Notes: generated from the sequence alone by a model not told the origin. 64,000 nucleotides of DNA from Candidatus Saccharimonadales bacterium (GCA_038317055.1 JBBQBA010000002.1:182967-246966), one strand, 5' to 3'; positions 18,976-31,597 are shown, counted from the first letter of the stretch. Translations and numbers: made by a program.

Positions 18976-19848
18976 ATGAGAATTGGCTTACAGATAAACA
19001 GATTTGATTTTCCTGGAGGTGATAGCAAAATAGGTGAAAACTTTAAAAACATTGCAATATCTGCCGAAAAAGCTGGTTTTTACAGTATCTGGGTTATGGA
19101 TCATTTTTTTCAGCTACCCGCACTTGGACCATATACCGACCCAATGCTCGAAGCATATTCGGCGCTTAGCTATCTTGCCGCTATAACTAGTAAAGTTAAA
19201 TTAGGAACAATGGTAACCGGCGTAATATACCGCGACCCTGCTGTTTTATTAAATGCCGTTATTACACTTGATGTTTTATCAGCTGGTAGAGCATATTTTG
19301 GTATCGGAGCTGGATGGAACGATCAAGAAGCTAAAGCCCTAGGTTTATTAGATCCACTTAATTCTAGACGATTTGATCGGCTTGAAGATATTCTGAAATT
19401 AACACTTCAAGTTTGGCAAAATGATCGGAAAAAATTTAAAGGAAAAATCTACGAACTACCTGAGCCTTATTTTTCTCCACGACCAGTAAGTAGTCCAATT
19501 CCAATTCTAATAGGAGGCGGAGGTGAGGAAAAAACACTTAGGTACGTAGCAGAATACGGTGATGCATGTAATTTATTTTCATCAGATATGAATCTACTGA
19601 AGCACAAACTCGAAATACTTAAAAAACACTGTAAGGACGTTGGAAGAAATTATGATGATATTGAAAAAACCTCACTTGTTCGATTTTCGAGTACTGCTGC
19701 AGCCAATAACCCTGATGAATTAATTAGTAAAGCAAAAGAACTCGCAAATCTTGGAATAGAACACATCATGATATGGGCCGACAAAGACGCAGATCCAAAA
19801 TCGTATGATAAACTTACTGACACCGTTAAAACTATAAATAATTTATAG
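18976..19848 (+). CDS. LLM-class F420-dependent oxidoreductase (Rv1855c-like group)
   Basis: WVMDHFFQ, YRDPAVL, GIGAGW, ILIGGGGEEKTLRYVAEYGDACN. Confidence 0.85.
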   Translation: MRIGLQINRFDFPGGDSKIGENFKNIAISAEKAGFYSIWVMDHFFQLPALGPYTDPMLEAYSALSYLAAITSKVKLGTMVTGVIYRDPAVLLNAVITLDVLSAGRAYFGIGAGWNDQEAKALGLLDPLNSRRFDRLEDILKLTLQVWQNDRKKFKGKIYELPEPYFSPRPVSSPIPILIGGGGEEKTLRYVAEYGDACNLFSSDMNLLKHKLEILKKHCKDVGRNYDDIEKTSLVRFSSTAAANNPDELISKAKELANLGIEHIMIWADKDADPKSYDKLTDTVKTINNL

Positions 19849-19886
19849 ATTTAAATTTCCTAAGTTAATCAGTTAGAATACCGTAT

Positions 19887-20645
19887 ATGAGCAGACCGCT
19901 AATAAAAGTTTCAAATTTAAAAAAAGTTTACGGCGATGTAACCACTGTTGACGAAATAAGTTTTGAGGTCAATAAGGGTGAGGTATTTGGAATTCTAGGA
20001 CCGAATGGTGCAGGTAAAACTACTACGCTAGAAATGATAGAAGGTCTCCGTGATATAGATGGCGGTGAAGCGTATATAAATAACATTAATGTTGCCAAGG
20101 AAACTAATAAGGTAAGAGCAATTATTGGTGTTCAACCACAAACTCCGTCGTTCTTTGATAAAACAAGATTGTCTGAATTACTAGAGCTATGTGCAGCACT
20201 ATATGGTCGAAAAGTAGATAGCTCAGCTCTACTTGCTGAAGTTCAGTTATCAGAAAAATCAAAAAGTTATTTTGAAGATTTATCTGGGGGTCAAAAACAG
20301 AGATTTAGTGTAGCGGCAGGGCTAGTAAATGAACCACTAGTACTATTTTTAGATGAACCTTCTACTGGCTTAGATCCTCAAGCCCGTCGAAATTTATGGG
20401 AACTAGTGGAAATGATAAGTAAAAAGGGAATTACTATAATCCTAACAACTCATTACATGGAAGAGGCAGAAATGCTGTGCGACCGAGTGGCAATCATGGA
20501 TAAGGGTAAGATTTTAGTCCTTGATACACCTAAATCACTTATTAAAGAGTTATTAAAACGGGGTTTTAAAAAAGATGCCAAAGTTCAACAAGCAAGTTTA
20601 GAAGATGTATTTATTGATTTAACTGGATCTAAATTAAGAGATTAA
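19887..20645 (+). CDS. ABC transporter ATP-binding protein
   Basis: Walker A GPNGAGKT, LSGGQ, LDEP, TTH. Confidence 0.95.
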   Translation: MSRPLIKVSNLKKVYGDVTTVDEISFEVNKGEVFGILGPNGAGKTTTLEMIEGLRDIDGGEAYINNINVAKETNKVRAIIGVQPQTPSFFDKTRLSELLELCAALYGRKVDSSALLAEVQLSEKSKSYFEDLSGGQKQRFSVAAGLVNEPLVLFLDEPSTGLDPQARRNLWELVEMISKKGITIILTTHYMEEAEMLCDRVAIMDKGKILVLDTPKSLIKELLKRGFKKDAKVQQASLEDVFIDLTGSKLRD

Positions 20646-20646
20646 G

Positions 20647-21747
20647 ATGCCTAAATATATTTACACAATTCTTACTATTGCCAAAGTATTAACAAGAAGA
20701 AATCTTAGAGATAAGACTACTCTATTTTTCTATATTGTGTTTCCGCTTATTTTCTTAGTCATCTTTGGTGGTTTATTTGGACACAACAGTGTCAGTTTCA
20801 AGGTTAATGTAATAAATCAATCTTCGAAGCCGTATTCTAAAACTTTTATTACAGAACTTAATAAGAGTAACCTTTTTAAAGTAACGAGTTCCGATTCGCT
20901 TAGTAGTTCTGAAAACCAACTAAATCGCTCACAAATCGATGGAATACTACTACTTCCAAATAACTTTGGCGAGATTAATACCAAAGGAATTCCATCAGGT
21001 AACGTAAAGATATATTTTAATCAAAGTAACCAGCAAACAGCCAGCGCAATCCAAAGCACTGTAAATGGCCTTCTCACAGGGGTTAATACTAGTTTAACTA
21101 AGTACGTGCCGCCGTTCACAGTTTCGACTGTATCAACTAATAACCATGGTCAAACTTATTTCGACTTTATATTCTCCGGAATGTTAGGATTCACAATAAT
21201 TACTCTTGGTTTATTCGGTCCAAGCCGTGCAATTCCGACTCATAAAAAATATGGAATACTTAGGCGATTTCATGCTGCCCCAGTCACTTCAGCACAATAT
21301 GTAATAGGTTTTTTACTCTCAAGTATAGTAACTGGTTTTATAGCTTTGTCTGTAATGTTTTTCGTCGGCTTCCACTTTTATCACCTTCATATGGAAGGAA
21401 CTTGGCCAAATCTAATAGTCTTCTTAATACTAGGAATCATTACTATTTTTGGTTTCGGTTTAGCAATTGGTAGTTGGGCTAAATCTGAGGATAGAGCAGC
21501 TCCACTAACGAACTTGGTATCATTTCCAATGATGTTTTTATCTGGAACTTTCTTTCCAACCTTTCTAATGCCCCTCTGGCTACAAAACATTTCTAAGTTT
21601 TTACCTCTAACACCGATCATTGATGGACTTAGAGATATTATTAGTCAAGGAAAAACAATTTTTGATTTAGGACCACAACTTCTATTAATGGGTATATGGA
21701 TAATTATTATCTATGTAATATCTTTCACAGTTTTTAAGTGGGAATAG
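20647..21747 (+). CDS. ABC-2 type exporter permease
   Basis: N-terminal TM, extracellular domain, five C-terminal TMs, FLSGTFFP. Confidence 0.9.
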   Translation: MPKYIYTILTIAKVLTRRNLRDKTTLFFYIVFPLIFLVIFGGLFGHNSVSFKVNVINQSSKPYSKTFITELNKSNLFKVTSSDSLSSSENQLNRSQIDGILLLPNNFGEINTKGIPSGNVKIYFNQSNQQTASAIQSTVNGLLTGVNTSLTKYVPPFTVSTVSTNNHGQTYFDFIFSGMLGFTIITLGLFGPSRAIPTHKKYGILRRFHAAPVTSAQYVIGFLLSSIVTGFIALSVMFFVGFHFYHLHMEGTWPNLIVFLILGIITIFGFGLAIGSWAKSEDRAAPLTNLVSFPMMFLSGTFFPTFLMPLWLQNISKFLPLTPIIDGLRDIISQGKTIFDLGPQLLLMGIWIIIIYVISFTVFKWE

Positions 21748-21781
21748 ATTTATATTTAATCTAAATTAAGGAAACAATACT

Positions 21782-22402
21782 ATGAAAGTTACGAAATATC
21801 CACAAAGCTGCTTAGTGCTAGAAAAATCTAGTAAGAAAATAATAATCGATCCAGGTTCATTTGTTAGTGGCAAATATAAGGCCGAAGAATTACTTCCGGT
21901 TGATCTAATATTAATTACACACGAGCATATTGATCATATCGATCCAAAATTCCTTGACGAATTACTTGCGAGTAAAAAAGTACCAGTTGTGGCTAACACA
22001 AGTACTGCAAAATTACTAAGTGATAAAGTTACAAATATTATTGAAGATGGACAAACCCTAAATATTGAAGGATTTGAAATTACAGCCAAAGAATTACCTC
22101 ATGTTCTAATGACAGATGGTAGCGAAGGACCTCAAAATACTGGTTTTGTAATTGATAAAGCATTTTTTCACGCTGGTGATGGCATAAAACTCGCAAACTT
22201 TACTGTTCAAACAGCTGCTATTCCTATTGCTGGACCTGATATTAGTCCTAAGGATGTGTCAGATTTCATTAAACAATTAGGTTGTAAAATCGTAATTCCA
22301 ATTCATTATGACTACTACACCGCCAACCCTGCAATAATCGACAGTATGGTGCCTGGAATAAAAACAATAGTATTAGCTAACGGTGAAAGTACGGAGCTAT
22401 AA
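21782..22402 (+). CDS. Metallo-beta-lactamase fold hydrolase
   Basis: IDPG, THEHIDH, HAGD, IPIHY. Confidence 0.9.
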   Translation: MKVTKYPQSCLVLEKSSKKIIIDPGSFVSGKYKAEELLPVDLILITHEHIDHIDPKFLDELLASKKVPVVANTSTAKLLSDKVTNIIEDGQTLNIEGFEITAKELPHVLMTDGSEGPQNTGFVIDKAFFHAGDGIKLANFTVQTAAIPIAGPDISPKDVSDFIKQLGCKIVIPIHYDYYTANPAIIDSMVPGIKTIVLANGESTEL

Positions 22403-22404
22403 AA

Positions 22405-22719
22405 ATGTATAGACAATCAGTATTAGAAGGAATAGTTAATTTCTTTGTTGGTCTTGCTGAACTTATTTTAGGTTTAAGAGTAGTTTTTTTATTTCTAAGT
22501 GCTAATCCCAATTTAGCTTTTGTTAATTGGATATATAAAACGAGCGACACGTTGATTTCTCCATTCAGGGGTATATTTACTCCTCAAGCAATTGGTCATG
22601 GACACATTCTTGATATTACTGCGTTATTTGCGATGTTAATGTATGCATTATTTGGCTTTTTACTTGGAGCATTACTACGTGCTCTATCTGGTGGCGATCA
22701 CAGCAAAAAATCATCTTAG
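22405..22719 (+). CDS. YggT-like small membrane protein
   Basis: FVNWIYKTSDTLISPFRGIF between TM helices. Confidence 0.75.
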   Translation: MYRQSVLEGIVNFFVGLAELILGLRVVFLFLSANPNLAFVNWIYKTSDTLISPFRGIFTPQAIGHGHILDITALFAMLMYALFGFLLGALLRALSGGDHSKKSS

Positions 22720-22954
22720 TAAATACAATAAAACTGAGTGGTATGCTTAAGCATATTTTGTTAGAATGAATTAACACCTTAGATGTTGAATGTCTGTGTG
22801 TTTATTTTATTTATAGGTGAGTCTTCATATATAATGAGACACTTAAGTTCAGATATAATAGTTCGGAAAAAAATAATTATAAAACCTCGTAAATGATTTT
22901 TAAAGTTCATCAAGCACATCTGCAAACTAAAATAATAAGCTGGGGTCATAGTTA

Positions 22955-24625
22955 ATGGAAAGGACACCTACGCCGCCTAACAAGGGTTACCAAAGTATGG
23001 ATGGTTTTGTTCCAAATCGCCGAAGTCGGGTGATAAATGAGCCATTTAAAAAGAAAATGAATAATGAAAGTGGGTTACTTGGTAAACCTTCAAGAGCACC
23101 TTCAAAAAGTTTAGTTAGTCCAGCAAATGCTCGGTTGACGAACAGTGAATCTATGAAAAGTAAGACAATAGCTGGCGTCGCTTGGTCGCCGAGAATACAG
23201 GATCCTTCTTCTATCGAACTTACACGTAAAACTGGCCGCAAAAGTCATCGTGCTAAAAAAGATGAAATAAAAGAGAAGCGAAGCATTAAAAAAATTATTA
23301 AGCGTAGCGCACTAATTGGAGCCCTACTTGTTTTACTTATAGGCGGCTACGTTGGCTTCAAATTCTTCCATAATATCGACAAAGTATTTGGTGGCAACGT
23401 AATAAGCAATATATCTAGCCTATTTGGATCTACGACTCTAAAAGGTGAAAGTACTGGTAGGGTTAATATATTACTAGCCGGAGACTCTGCTGACGACCCT
23501 GGACATGCCGGTGCAAATTTAACAGATTCTATTATGTTAGTAAGTATTGATACTAAAAATAAAACTGGCTTTATGCTTAGTATTCCAAGAGATCTATATG
23601 TTAATATTCCTACTTTAGGTGGAGCTAAAATTAATGCCGCCAATACAGTAAAAAACTTTAATCAATCAGGCTATCCGTCTAATGGTATGGGTCAGCTAGA
23701 ACAAATAGTTAAACAAGATCTTGGTATTCCGGTAAATTACTATGCACTCATTAATTACACAGCATTCAGAGATTCAGTTAACGCAGTTGGCGGAATTACC
23801 GTTAATATTCAGAGTGATGATCCACGGGGTGTGTACGATCCAAATATCGGTAAATGGGACGGCGGACCGCTTAAACTTCCAAGTGGCTTAAACAATTTAA
23901 ACGGACAAACAGCTCTTAATCTAGCTAGAGCTAGAGGTGACCCTTGTTTTTGTGGTCATTATGAATATGGATTTTCTCATAGCGACTTTGACAGAACAAT
24001 GCACCAACGGCAAGAGTTAGTAGCATTGGCCCAAAAAGCAAGTTCAGCCGGTGTAATAGGAAATCCAGTAAAGTTAGGTCATTTGTTCGACTCACTTGGT
24101 AATAATGTAGAGACCGACCTTAAATTGGCTGACATAGTAAGACTAGGTTCACTAGCTAAATCGGCAAATCTGACTAAAGCACAATCAGTAACATATCAGT
24201 ATGGTGGCACTAATCCATTACTAGTTGGTCAAAGCGTAAATGGTCAGGACTTCCTTGTTCCAACAGCTGGCTTAAATGATTATGCAGCACTTCAACTTTA
24301 TTATCAGAAACTAACTACCAATAACCCTGTCGTTAAAGAAGCAGCTCCAGTTGTCGTATTAAACGGTGGTAATACAAGTGGACTAGCTAAATTATATGAG
24401 AATAGCCTAATACCAAAGGGGATTAATGTAACATCGATTGCAGATACCATTAATAACTATCCCAAGACCGAAATTATGGACAATTCCGGTGGTCTTGATC
24501 CAGCAACTAAAAAAGCACTAGTCACTATCTTTGGCAACAATGTCGTACCTAATGTTCCAACCATTAATACAACCGGTGCAAAATTTGTAGTAATTCTAGG
24601 TGACAATCAAGGTTCGCCTCAATAG
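22955..24625 (+). CDS. LCP (LytR-CpsA-Psr) glycopolymer transferase with LytR C-terminal domain
   Basis: NILLAG, TDSIML, LSIPRD, KINAA, ARAR, DFDR...RQ; C-terminal VLNG...GLA. Confidence 0.92.
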   Translation: MERTPTPPNKGYQSMDGFVPNRRSRVINEPFKKKMNNESGLLGKPSRAPSKSLVSPANARLTNSESMKSKTIAGVAWSPRIQDPSSIELTRKTGRKSHRAKKDEIKEKRSIKKIIKRSALIGALLVLLIGGYVGFKFFHNIDKVFGGNVISNISSLFGSTTLKGESTGRVNILLAGDSADDPGHAGANLTDSIMLVSIDTKNKTGFMLSIPRDLYVNIPTLGGAKINAANTVKNFNQSGYPSNGMGQLEQIVKQDLGIPVNYYALINYTAFRDSVNAVGGITVNIQSDDPRGVYDPNIGKWDGGPLKLPSGLNNLNGQTALNLARARGDPCFCGHYEYGFSHSDFDRTMHQRQELVALAQKASSAGVIGNPVKLGHLFDSLGNNVETDLKLADIVRLGSLAKSANLTKAQSVTYQYGGTNPLLVGQSVNGQDFLVPTAGLNDYAALQLYYQKLTTNNPVVKEAAPVVVLNGGNTSGLAKLYENSLIPKGINVTSIADTINNYPKTEIMDNSGGLDPATKKALVTIFGNNVVPNVPTINTTGAKFVVILGDNQGSPQ

Positions 24626-24668
24626 ATATAGTAGTTATTTATACTAAACACATTTAGAATAAGTCTAC

Positions 24669-27600
24669 ATGGAATTTGAGAGAGAATACTCTAGACTAAA
24701 CTCAGCCCAAAAAAAGGCAGTCGATTTAATAGATGGCCCACTAATTGTAATTGCCGGACCTGGAACAGGTAAAACTCAGCTACTAAGTATGAGGACAGCA
24801 AACATACTCAATCAAACCGACACGCTTCCGGAAAATATATTGTGTTTAACGTTTACTGAAGCTGCCTCCGAGAATATGCGCATTCGACTTTCAAACTTAA
24901 TCGGTAAATCAGCCAATCAAGTAGGAATATTTACTTTCCATGGTTTCGGTACTCATATTATTCAAAACTACCCTGAGTTTTTTTACGAAGCGCCATTACT
25001 TGGTCGGTTAAATGAACTAGGCGAATATAACCTACTTGAAAAGCTAATGAATAAGCTTCACCACGATAATCCTTTGGCTAAAAAAGTAAGTGGAGCGTTT
25101 TTGCATTTGCCATCAGTATTACGAATAATTAGTTGGCTAAAACAAGCTGGCTTAAACCCCGATGACTTAAGGATTGAGACTACCAAAAACCAAAGTTTTT
25201 TTAAGGCAGGAGTTAAATTATTAAATCCAGTATTTGGATCCAGCCCATCAGCAAAGAATCTAAAATTATATGTCGATTTATATAATCAGCTCGAAAAACT
25301 CTTACATAAATATCCCTGTAGAACAGGCGATCAGCTAGTTGGTGAATTATTAGATGCAATTGATAAAGTTGATCTTAGCGGCAAGTACGCTCAATCAATA
25401 ACCACATGGCGTAATAAATGGCTTAGTCAGTTTAAAAAGGGCGAATGGCAATTTGCAGATCAAGCTAAAAACACATTACTTTTAAGACTTGCTGATCTAT
25501 ATGAGAATTATCAGCAATCTCTAACGGAGAGTGGTTTGTATACATTCGACGATATGATCCTAAGAACAAACTATGCAATTGAAAATAATGAAGAGCTAAA
25601 ATTGAACTTACAAGAAAAATATCAATATATTTTAGTTGATGAATATCAAGACACAAACGGTGCTCAGGATAAAATATTAAATCAACTTGCTGATAATCCA
25701 GTTAACGAACAACGACCCAACTTAATGGTAGTAGGTGATGATGATCAGGCTATATATCGGTTCCAAGGTGCAGAGAGTTCAGTTATGCTTGACTTCATAC
25801 AACGCTGGCAACCAGAGGAAATAGTTTTAACTGAAAGTTACCGAAGTGGTCAATCACTTCTAGATCTTGCACGCGGTGTAATTTTAAATGCCGAAGATCG
25901 TCTTGAAAATTCTGATCCTAAATTAATTAAAAAACTGGTATCTAAAACAAAGCTTAAAGATACTTCAATTTCAGAAATTTATTCGGCTAGTGAAATCGAA
26001 AATTACGTAAACACTGCAAATCAAATTAAAAAGCTGATTGATTCGGGTCAAGATCCTTCAAATATTTCAGTATTAGCACCTAAACATCGTTATCTAGAAG
26101 AGTTAGTTCCTTATCTACTTAAACTAAACTTGCCTATAAATTATGAGAGACGAGAACAAGTATTACAACAACCCAGAATAATCGAATTACTCGATCTGAT
26201 AGAACTTGTAGCAGCTGCTTCGAAACACCAATCCTCAAAAATTGATTCGTTACTTGCAAAGATTCTAGCAGCTGATTATTGGCAATTAAGCGCAGAAACT
26301 TTGTGGCAACTTGCTATAGATTCGCAAAATAATCATCAAGGTTGGTTCAAATTATTGGAATCTAGTGAAAATATTATTCTTAAAAACTTTTCTGAATCAA
26401 TAAAGATACTATCAAAAGAAGCTAAGAATCAATCTTTTGATTTACTCCTAGCTTATTTAACAGGGAGTAAGTCAATTACACTTACTAATGAGAAACCGTG
26501 GAATCTTCCTTGGCGTGATTTTTATTTTTCAGATAAACAACTCGACAAAGATCCAGTAGGCTATATAAACTTTATGTCGCAGCTTGAGGCTTTAAAACAA
26601 TCTTTCAGGGAATGGCAGCCTAATACAAACAGGTTAATTACATTGAATGACTTTGATGAATTTATTAAATTATTTCAAAAAACTAAAATAAAGCTAAACG
26701 ATAACAGCCCATATACTTCATCAAAAAACGCTATTACTTTAATGACCGTATATAAAGCAAAAGGACTGGAGTGGGAAAGTGTTTTTGTATTAAATATCGA
26801 AGAAGATGTATGGGGATCAAAAACTAGAACAAGGCATGAATCGTTCAGTTTACCTACGTCGCTAAAGTGGATAGAACCGGCAAGTGACAATAGTAATGAT
26901 TTAGTTAGATTATTCTATGTTGGTATAACAAGATCACGAAAGTCACTTTTTCTTACGGGATACAAAATTAAAAGCAGTGGCTTACCGGCTGAACGACTTC
27001 AATGGTTGGAAAATTTACTTCCAGACCCCAGCCCACTAAAATCCTTACCAACAAGTGTAATTGTGAGCTCATATGAGTACAACTGGCAAGATGTTTACAC
27101 TTCGCCAACAAAAGACCTTAATCTTCTATTAAAACCCGTACTAGATACCTATAAATTAAGCTCAACACACTTAAATGATTTTCTTTCAGTTGATCGAGGT
27201 GGTCCAAAAAGCTTTTTATATAAACATATCCTAAAAGTGCCTGAAGAATTAAACCCAAATGCGATATACGGAGATTCAATTCATAAAACCCTAGAATATC
27301 TTCATAAACAATTTAACAGCTCACAAAAGCTACCGGATAAACAAGCAATAAAAGATTACTTTATAGAGAAATTAACAAATCAGCCCCTTACAAGCGAAGA
27401 ATTTAGATTTTTTAAAAAGCGTGGGGAAGATAATTTAATTGGCTGGTTAGATCTAAACCAAAAAAAGTTTAGCCCATTAGATATCAGTGAACATAATTTT
27501 AGTAGTGAGCAAATCGTTGTTGAAGGAGCTAAATTAACTGGTAAGATCGATATAATTAGAGAAGAAGGAAAGGATTATGTCACAGTAATAGACTATAAGA

Positions 27601-27953
27601 CAAGCCTTCCATTAAGTGAATGGACCGGTCATAGCGGAAATGCAGCGATAAATGTTCACAAATATCAAAATCAGCTTTTGTTTTACAAGCTTCTTTTAGA
27701 TAATTCAACATACTTAAAAAAGAAAAAACTAGCCAACAGAGGAGTTATAGAGTTTATAACTCCCGACCAAGATAATAATTATATTGAGCTTAGTTATGAT
27801 TATGAAGAGAAAGAACTTAAAAGATTAACCAAACTTGTAGGTATTGTCTGGAATAAAATTATGCTCTTGGATTTACCCAATACCGATGATTACCCCAGCA
27901 CAATTAAGGGCATCAGATCTTTCGAAGAAGATTTATTAGAAGGTAAAATTTAA
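24669..27953 (+). CDS. UvrD/PcrA-type SF1 helicase fused to a C-terminal PD-(D/E)xK nuclease
   Basis: AGPGTGKT, DEYQD, VGDDDQAIYRF, YRS, KAKGLEW, YVGITR; nuclease GKIDII...IDYKT. Confidence 0.92.
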   Translation: MEFEREYSRLNSAQKKAVDLIDGPLIVIAGPGTGKTQLLSMRTANILNQTDTLPENILCLTFTEAASENMRIRLSNLIGKSANQVGIFTFHGFGTHIIQNYPEFFYEAPLLGRLNELGEYNLLEKLMNKLHHDNPLAKKVSGAFLHLPSVLRIISWLKQAGLNPDDLRIETTKNQSFFKAGVKLLNPVFGSSPSAKNLKLYVDLYNQLEKLLHKYPCRTGDQLVGELLDAIDKVDLSGKYAQSITTWRNKWLSQFKKGEWQFADQAKNTLLLRLADLYENYQQSLTESGLYTFDDMILRTNYAIENNEELKLNLQEKYQYILVDEYQDTNGAQDKILNQLADNPVNEQRPNLMVVGDDDQAIYRFQGAESSVMLDFIQRWQPEEIVLTESYRSGQSLLDLARGVILNAEDRLENSDPKLIKKLVSKTKLKDTSISEIYSASEIENYVNTANQIKKLIDSGQDPSNISVLAPKHRYLEELVPYLLKLNLPINYERREQVLQQPRIIELLDLIELVAAASKHQSSKIDSLLAKILAADYWQLSAETLWQLAIDSQNNHQGWFKLLESSENIILKNFSESIKILSKEAKNQSFDLLLAYLTGSKSITLTNEKPWNLPWRDFYFSDKQLDKDPVGYINFMSQLEALKQSFREWQPNTNRLITLNDFDEFIKLFQKTKIKLNDNSPYTSSKNAITLMTVYKAKGLEWESVFVLNIEEDVWGSKTRTRHESFSLPTSLKWIEPASDNSNDLVRLFYVGITRSRKSLFLTGYKIKSSGLPAERLQWLENLLPDPSPLKSLPTSVIVSSYEYNWQDVYTSPTKDLNLLLKPVLDTYKLSSTHLNDFLSVDRGGPKSFLYKHILKVPEELNPNAIYGDSIHKTLEYLHKQFNSSQKLPDKQAIKDYFIEKLTNQPLTSEEFRFFKKRGEDNLIGWLDLNQKKFSPLDISEHNFSSEQIVVEGAKLTGKIDIIREEGKDYVTVIDYKTSLPLSEWTGHSGNAAINVHKYQNQLLFYKLLLDNSTYLKKKKLANRGVIEFITPDQDNNYIELSYDYEEKELKRLTKLVGIVWNKIMLLDLPNTDDYPSTIKGIRSFEEDLLEGKI

Positions 27954-27982
27954 AAGACCCTGCATAATTAGCGGGGCCTTTT
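27952..27982. terminator. Bidirectional intrinsic terminator between convergent genes
   Basis: AAAAGACCCTGC-ATAATTA-GCGGGGCCTTTT with A and T tracts on either side. Confidence 0.7.
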
Positions 27983-28001
27983 GGGATTTCTATTTTAGTA
28001 A

Positions 28002-28685
28002 TTATTTTTTCTTAGATTTTGCTTTTACTGATGAGCTTTTTATTACTGATGGTCTAGTGCCTATAGTCATATCCGTGAATATAACGTTATATAGATTTGC
28101 ACCAACAATTAGTCCAATTACTGGTCCTGCAATGTAAGCCCAGCTTACTGATCTTGCTGCGATTGCAACTGCTGGGTTCAAAAGACCATTTGAAGCTAGT
28201 GAAGCTACAAGTATTCCCCCGAATAAACCAACTGAAAGTATTGCTGCTTTTTTAGTAGCTTCAAGTTCCTTTCTATAGGCAACTGCTGCAACTGCCATAC
28301 CAAATACAGTTGCTCCGATAGCTTCTGCGGTTAATACACGCCAGTTTACGCCGCCAGTAGCAGTCTTACTTAGGGCTTGACCCAAGAAGTACTGGGCAGC
28401 CTTCCAAGCTGCTAGACCAGCTAATAGTTGAGTAATTATTAAAACAAATGCACTCAATGATGAAATTTTTCGTATACTCCAATTTGCAATTGTTACGGCA
28501 GGATTTAATTGTGATCCACTTACTGATCCAAAAATCAAATATAAGCCTCCATATACAACTGCAGCAGCAGTAGCTGAGAAAAACTCAAAATTAGTACGCA
28601 CCAACATGGCAAGCATAGCTGACGCTAGAACATATGTTCCAACAAATTCAGCAATTACTGCAGCCACTTTCTGTCGTCCTGTCAT
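28002..28685 (-). CDS. MIP/aquaporin family channel
   Basis: AEFVGT, two NPA motifs, six TMs. Confidence 0.9.
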   Translation of the reverse strand: MTGRQKVAAVIAEFVGTYVLASAMLAMLVRTNFEFFSATAAAVVYGGLYLIFGSVSGSQLNPAVTIANWSIRKISSLSAFVLIITQLLAGLAAWKAAQYFLGQALSKTATGGVNWRVLTAEAIGATVFGMAVAAVAYRKELEATKKAAILSVGLFGGILVASLASNGLLNPAVAIAARSVSWAYIAGPVIGLIVGANLYNVIFTDMTIGTRPSVIKSSSVKAKSKKK

Positions 28686-29088
28686 AAGAACAACCCTCCT
28701 TTAAAATTTATTATGAACTTAGCATAAACCAATGTACCCCTATAATGCAATATTAAATATGGTTGATTACAAGTGTTAAAGGTAGGCTGCGGATTTGGCA
28801 GATGAATCTATATCTGTTATGAAGTGAATTCAACTATTTCTAATAGATATATAACCATTATTTAAACAGTTCCTGACTTTCTTTCTCTTCTTAGACAACT
28901 TACATTATGACTACTATTATTGCTTTAAATGGACTAGCCAATCCAAGTATTATCTAATAAATTATAAAGCCATACATTAAGCTTTTAATCTAGTGTTGAA
29001 AATATAAATAAATATAGTATGAAATATCACATTGTATTTTTTTAAAAAGGTGTAAAATATATGGACTTAAGGAAGTTACGAGGTCTAT

Positions 29089-29544
29089 ATGGCTACTCAC
29101 GAATATTTTTATCCAGACGATAGGGAAGTTACTCCCGAAGCTGAAGGTAACCCACATGTTAATTCGGGTGATTTAACAATACCTGAAATTCAGATACTTA
29201 TGCGTGGCGTTAAAGAACTAGAAAGACGCGGAAATAGCGAAGGCGGGCTTGAACAGTCTGCCGCTGACGTATTACATGCTGATCCACGTTTTTTACAAAC
29301 CGAAGAATCAAAAGAATACGAACCAGACCCAGTTGCAAGAATGCTAAGACTTACCCCAGCTGGTGCTGCATTACAATTTGTCTTAATTGCACATAATAAA
29401 CATTTACCAGTTAGTGAAAGACAGAAGGTCAGAATTAACACAGGCACTACAGAATCAGATGAAAGTCTAGTAAAAGACTCAAAAATCATAGATTTAAAAG
29501 ACAAACGAAAATCAATCGACGTAGATATTCCGACTGCAAGTTAG
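29089..29544 (+). CDS. Hypothetical acidic protein
   Basis: 151-aa ORF with upstream GAGG. Confidence 0.55.
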   Translation: MATHEYFYPDDREVTPEAEGNPHVNSGDLTIPEIQILMRGVKELERRGNSEGGLEQSAADVLHADPRFLQTEESKEYEPDPVARMLRLTPAGAALQFVLIAHNKHLPVSERQKVRINTGTTESDESLVKDSKIIDLKDKRKSIDVDIPTAS

Positions 29545-29547
29545 TAA

Positions 29548-29976
29548 CTATCTATTTCTTCGGCGCTTATGAAGCTCGGCTACCTGAAGACGGACGTATT
29601 GACGATCAACAAGTTTTTGGGCATTTTCGAGACTTACTTGGTCTTTAGCCTCAGATTTCATTTTTTGAGCTAGCTCATAAGCTTTTTTCGCTTCAGCTTC
29701 GTTTATTTCTTCACCGTTATCAGCTTCATCGACTAAAACTCTTAGTGTATTATCAGAAATCTCTACTACACCACCATGTGCAGCGTAATTATCCATTTGT
29801 GAATCTGTATCTTTTGGATTCTTACGCACTGAAATTATTCCGTCAGTTGCAACTGTAATTAAGGGCATATGATCTGTTAACACACCTATTTGACCATCAA
29901 GCGTGGGAAGTAGTACTTCCGCAACATCAGCATCAAGTTTTACGCCAGTTAATGTAACTAGTTGCAGATGGATCAT
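29548..29976 (-). CDS. atpC: ATP synthase F1 epsilon subunit
   Basis: GQIGVLTDHMP, GGVVEI; operon position. Confidence 0.93.
   Translation of the reverse strand: MIHLQLVTLTGVKLDADVAEVLLPTLDGQIGVLTDHMPLITVATDGIISVRKNPKDTDSQMDNYAAHGGVVEISDNTLRVLVDEADNGEEINEAEAKKAYELAQKMKSEAKDQVSLENAQKLVDRQYVRLQVAELHKRRRNR

Positions 29977-31593
<1,617 letters not shown>

Positions 31594-31597
<4 letters not shown>

Noticed and set aside
22779-23643. Minus-strand ORFs at 22779, 22987 and 23347
   Set aside because: Antisense to or overlapping the LCP gene and its promoter; no coding features
28700-29088. Long intergenic region as an ncRNA or pseudogene
   Set aside because: Only weak short stems and interrupted frames; consistent with divergent promoters
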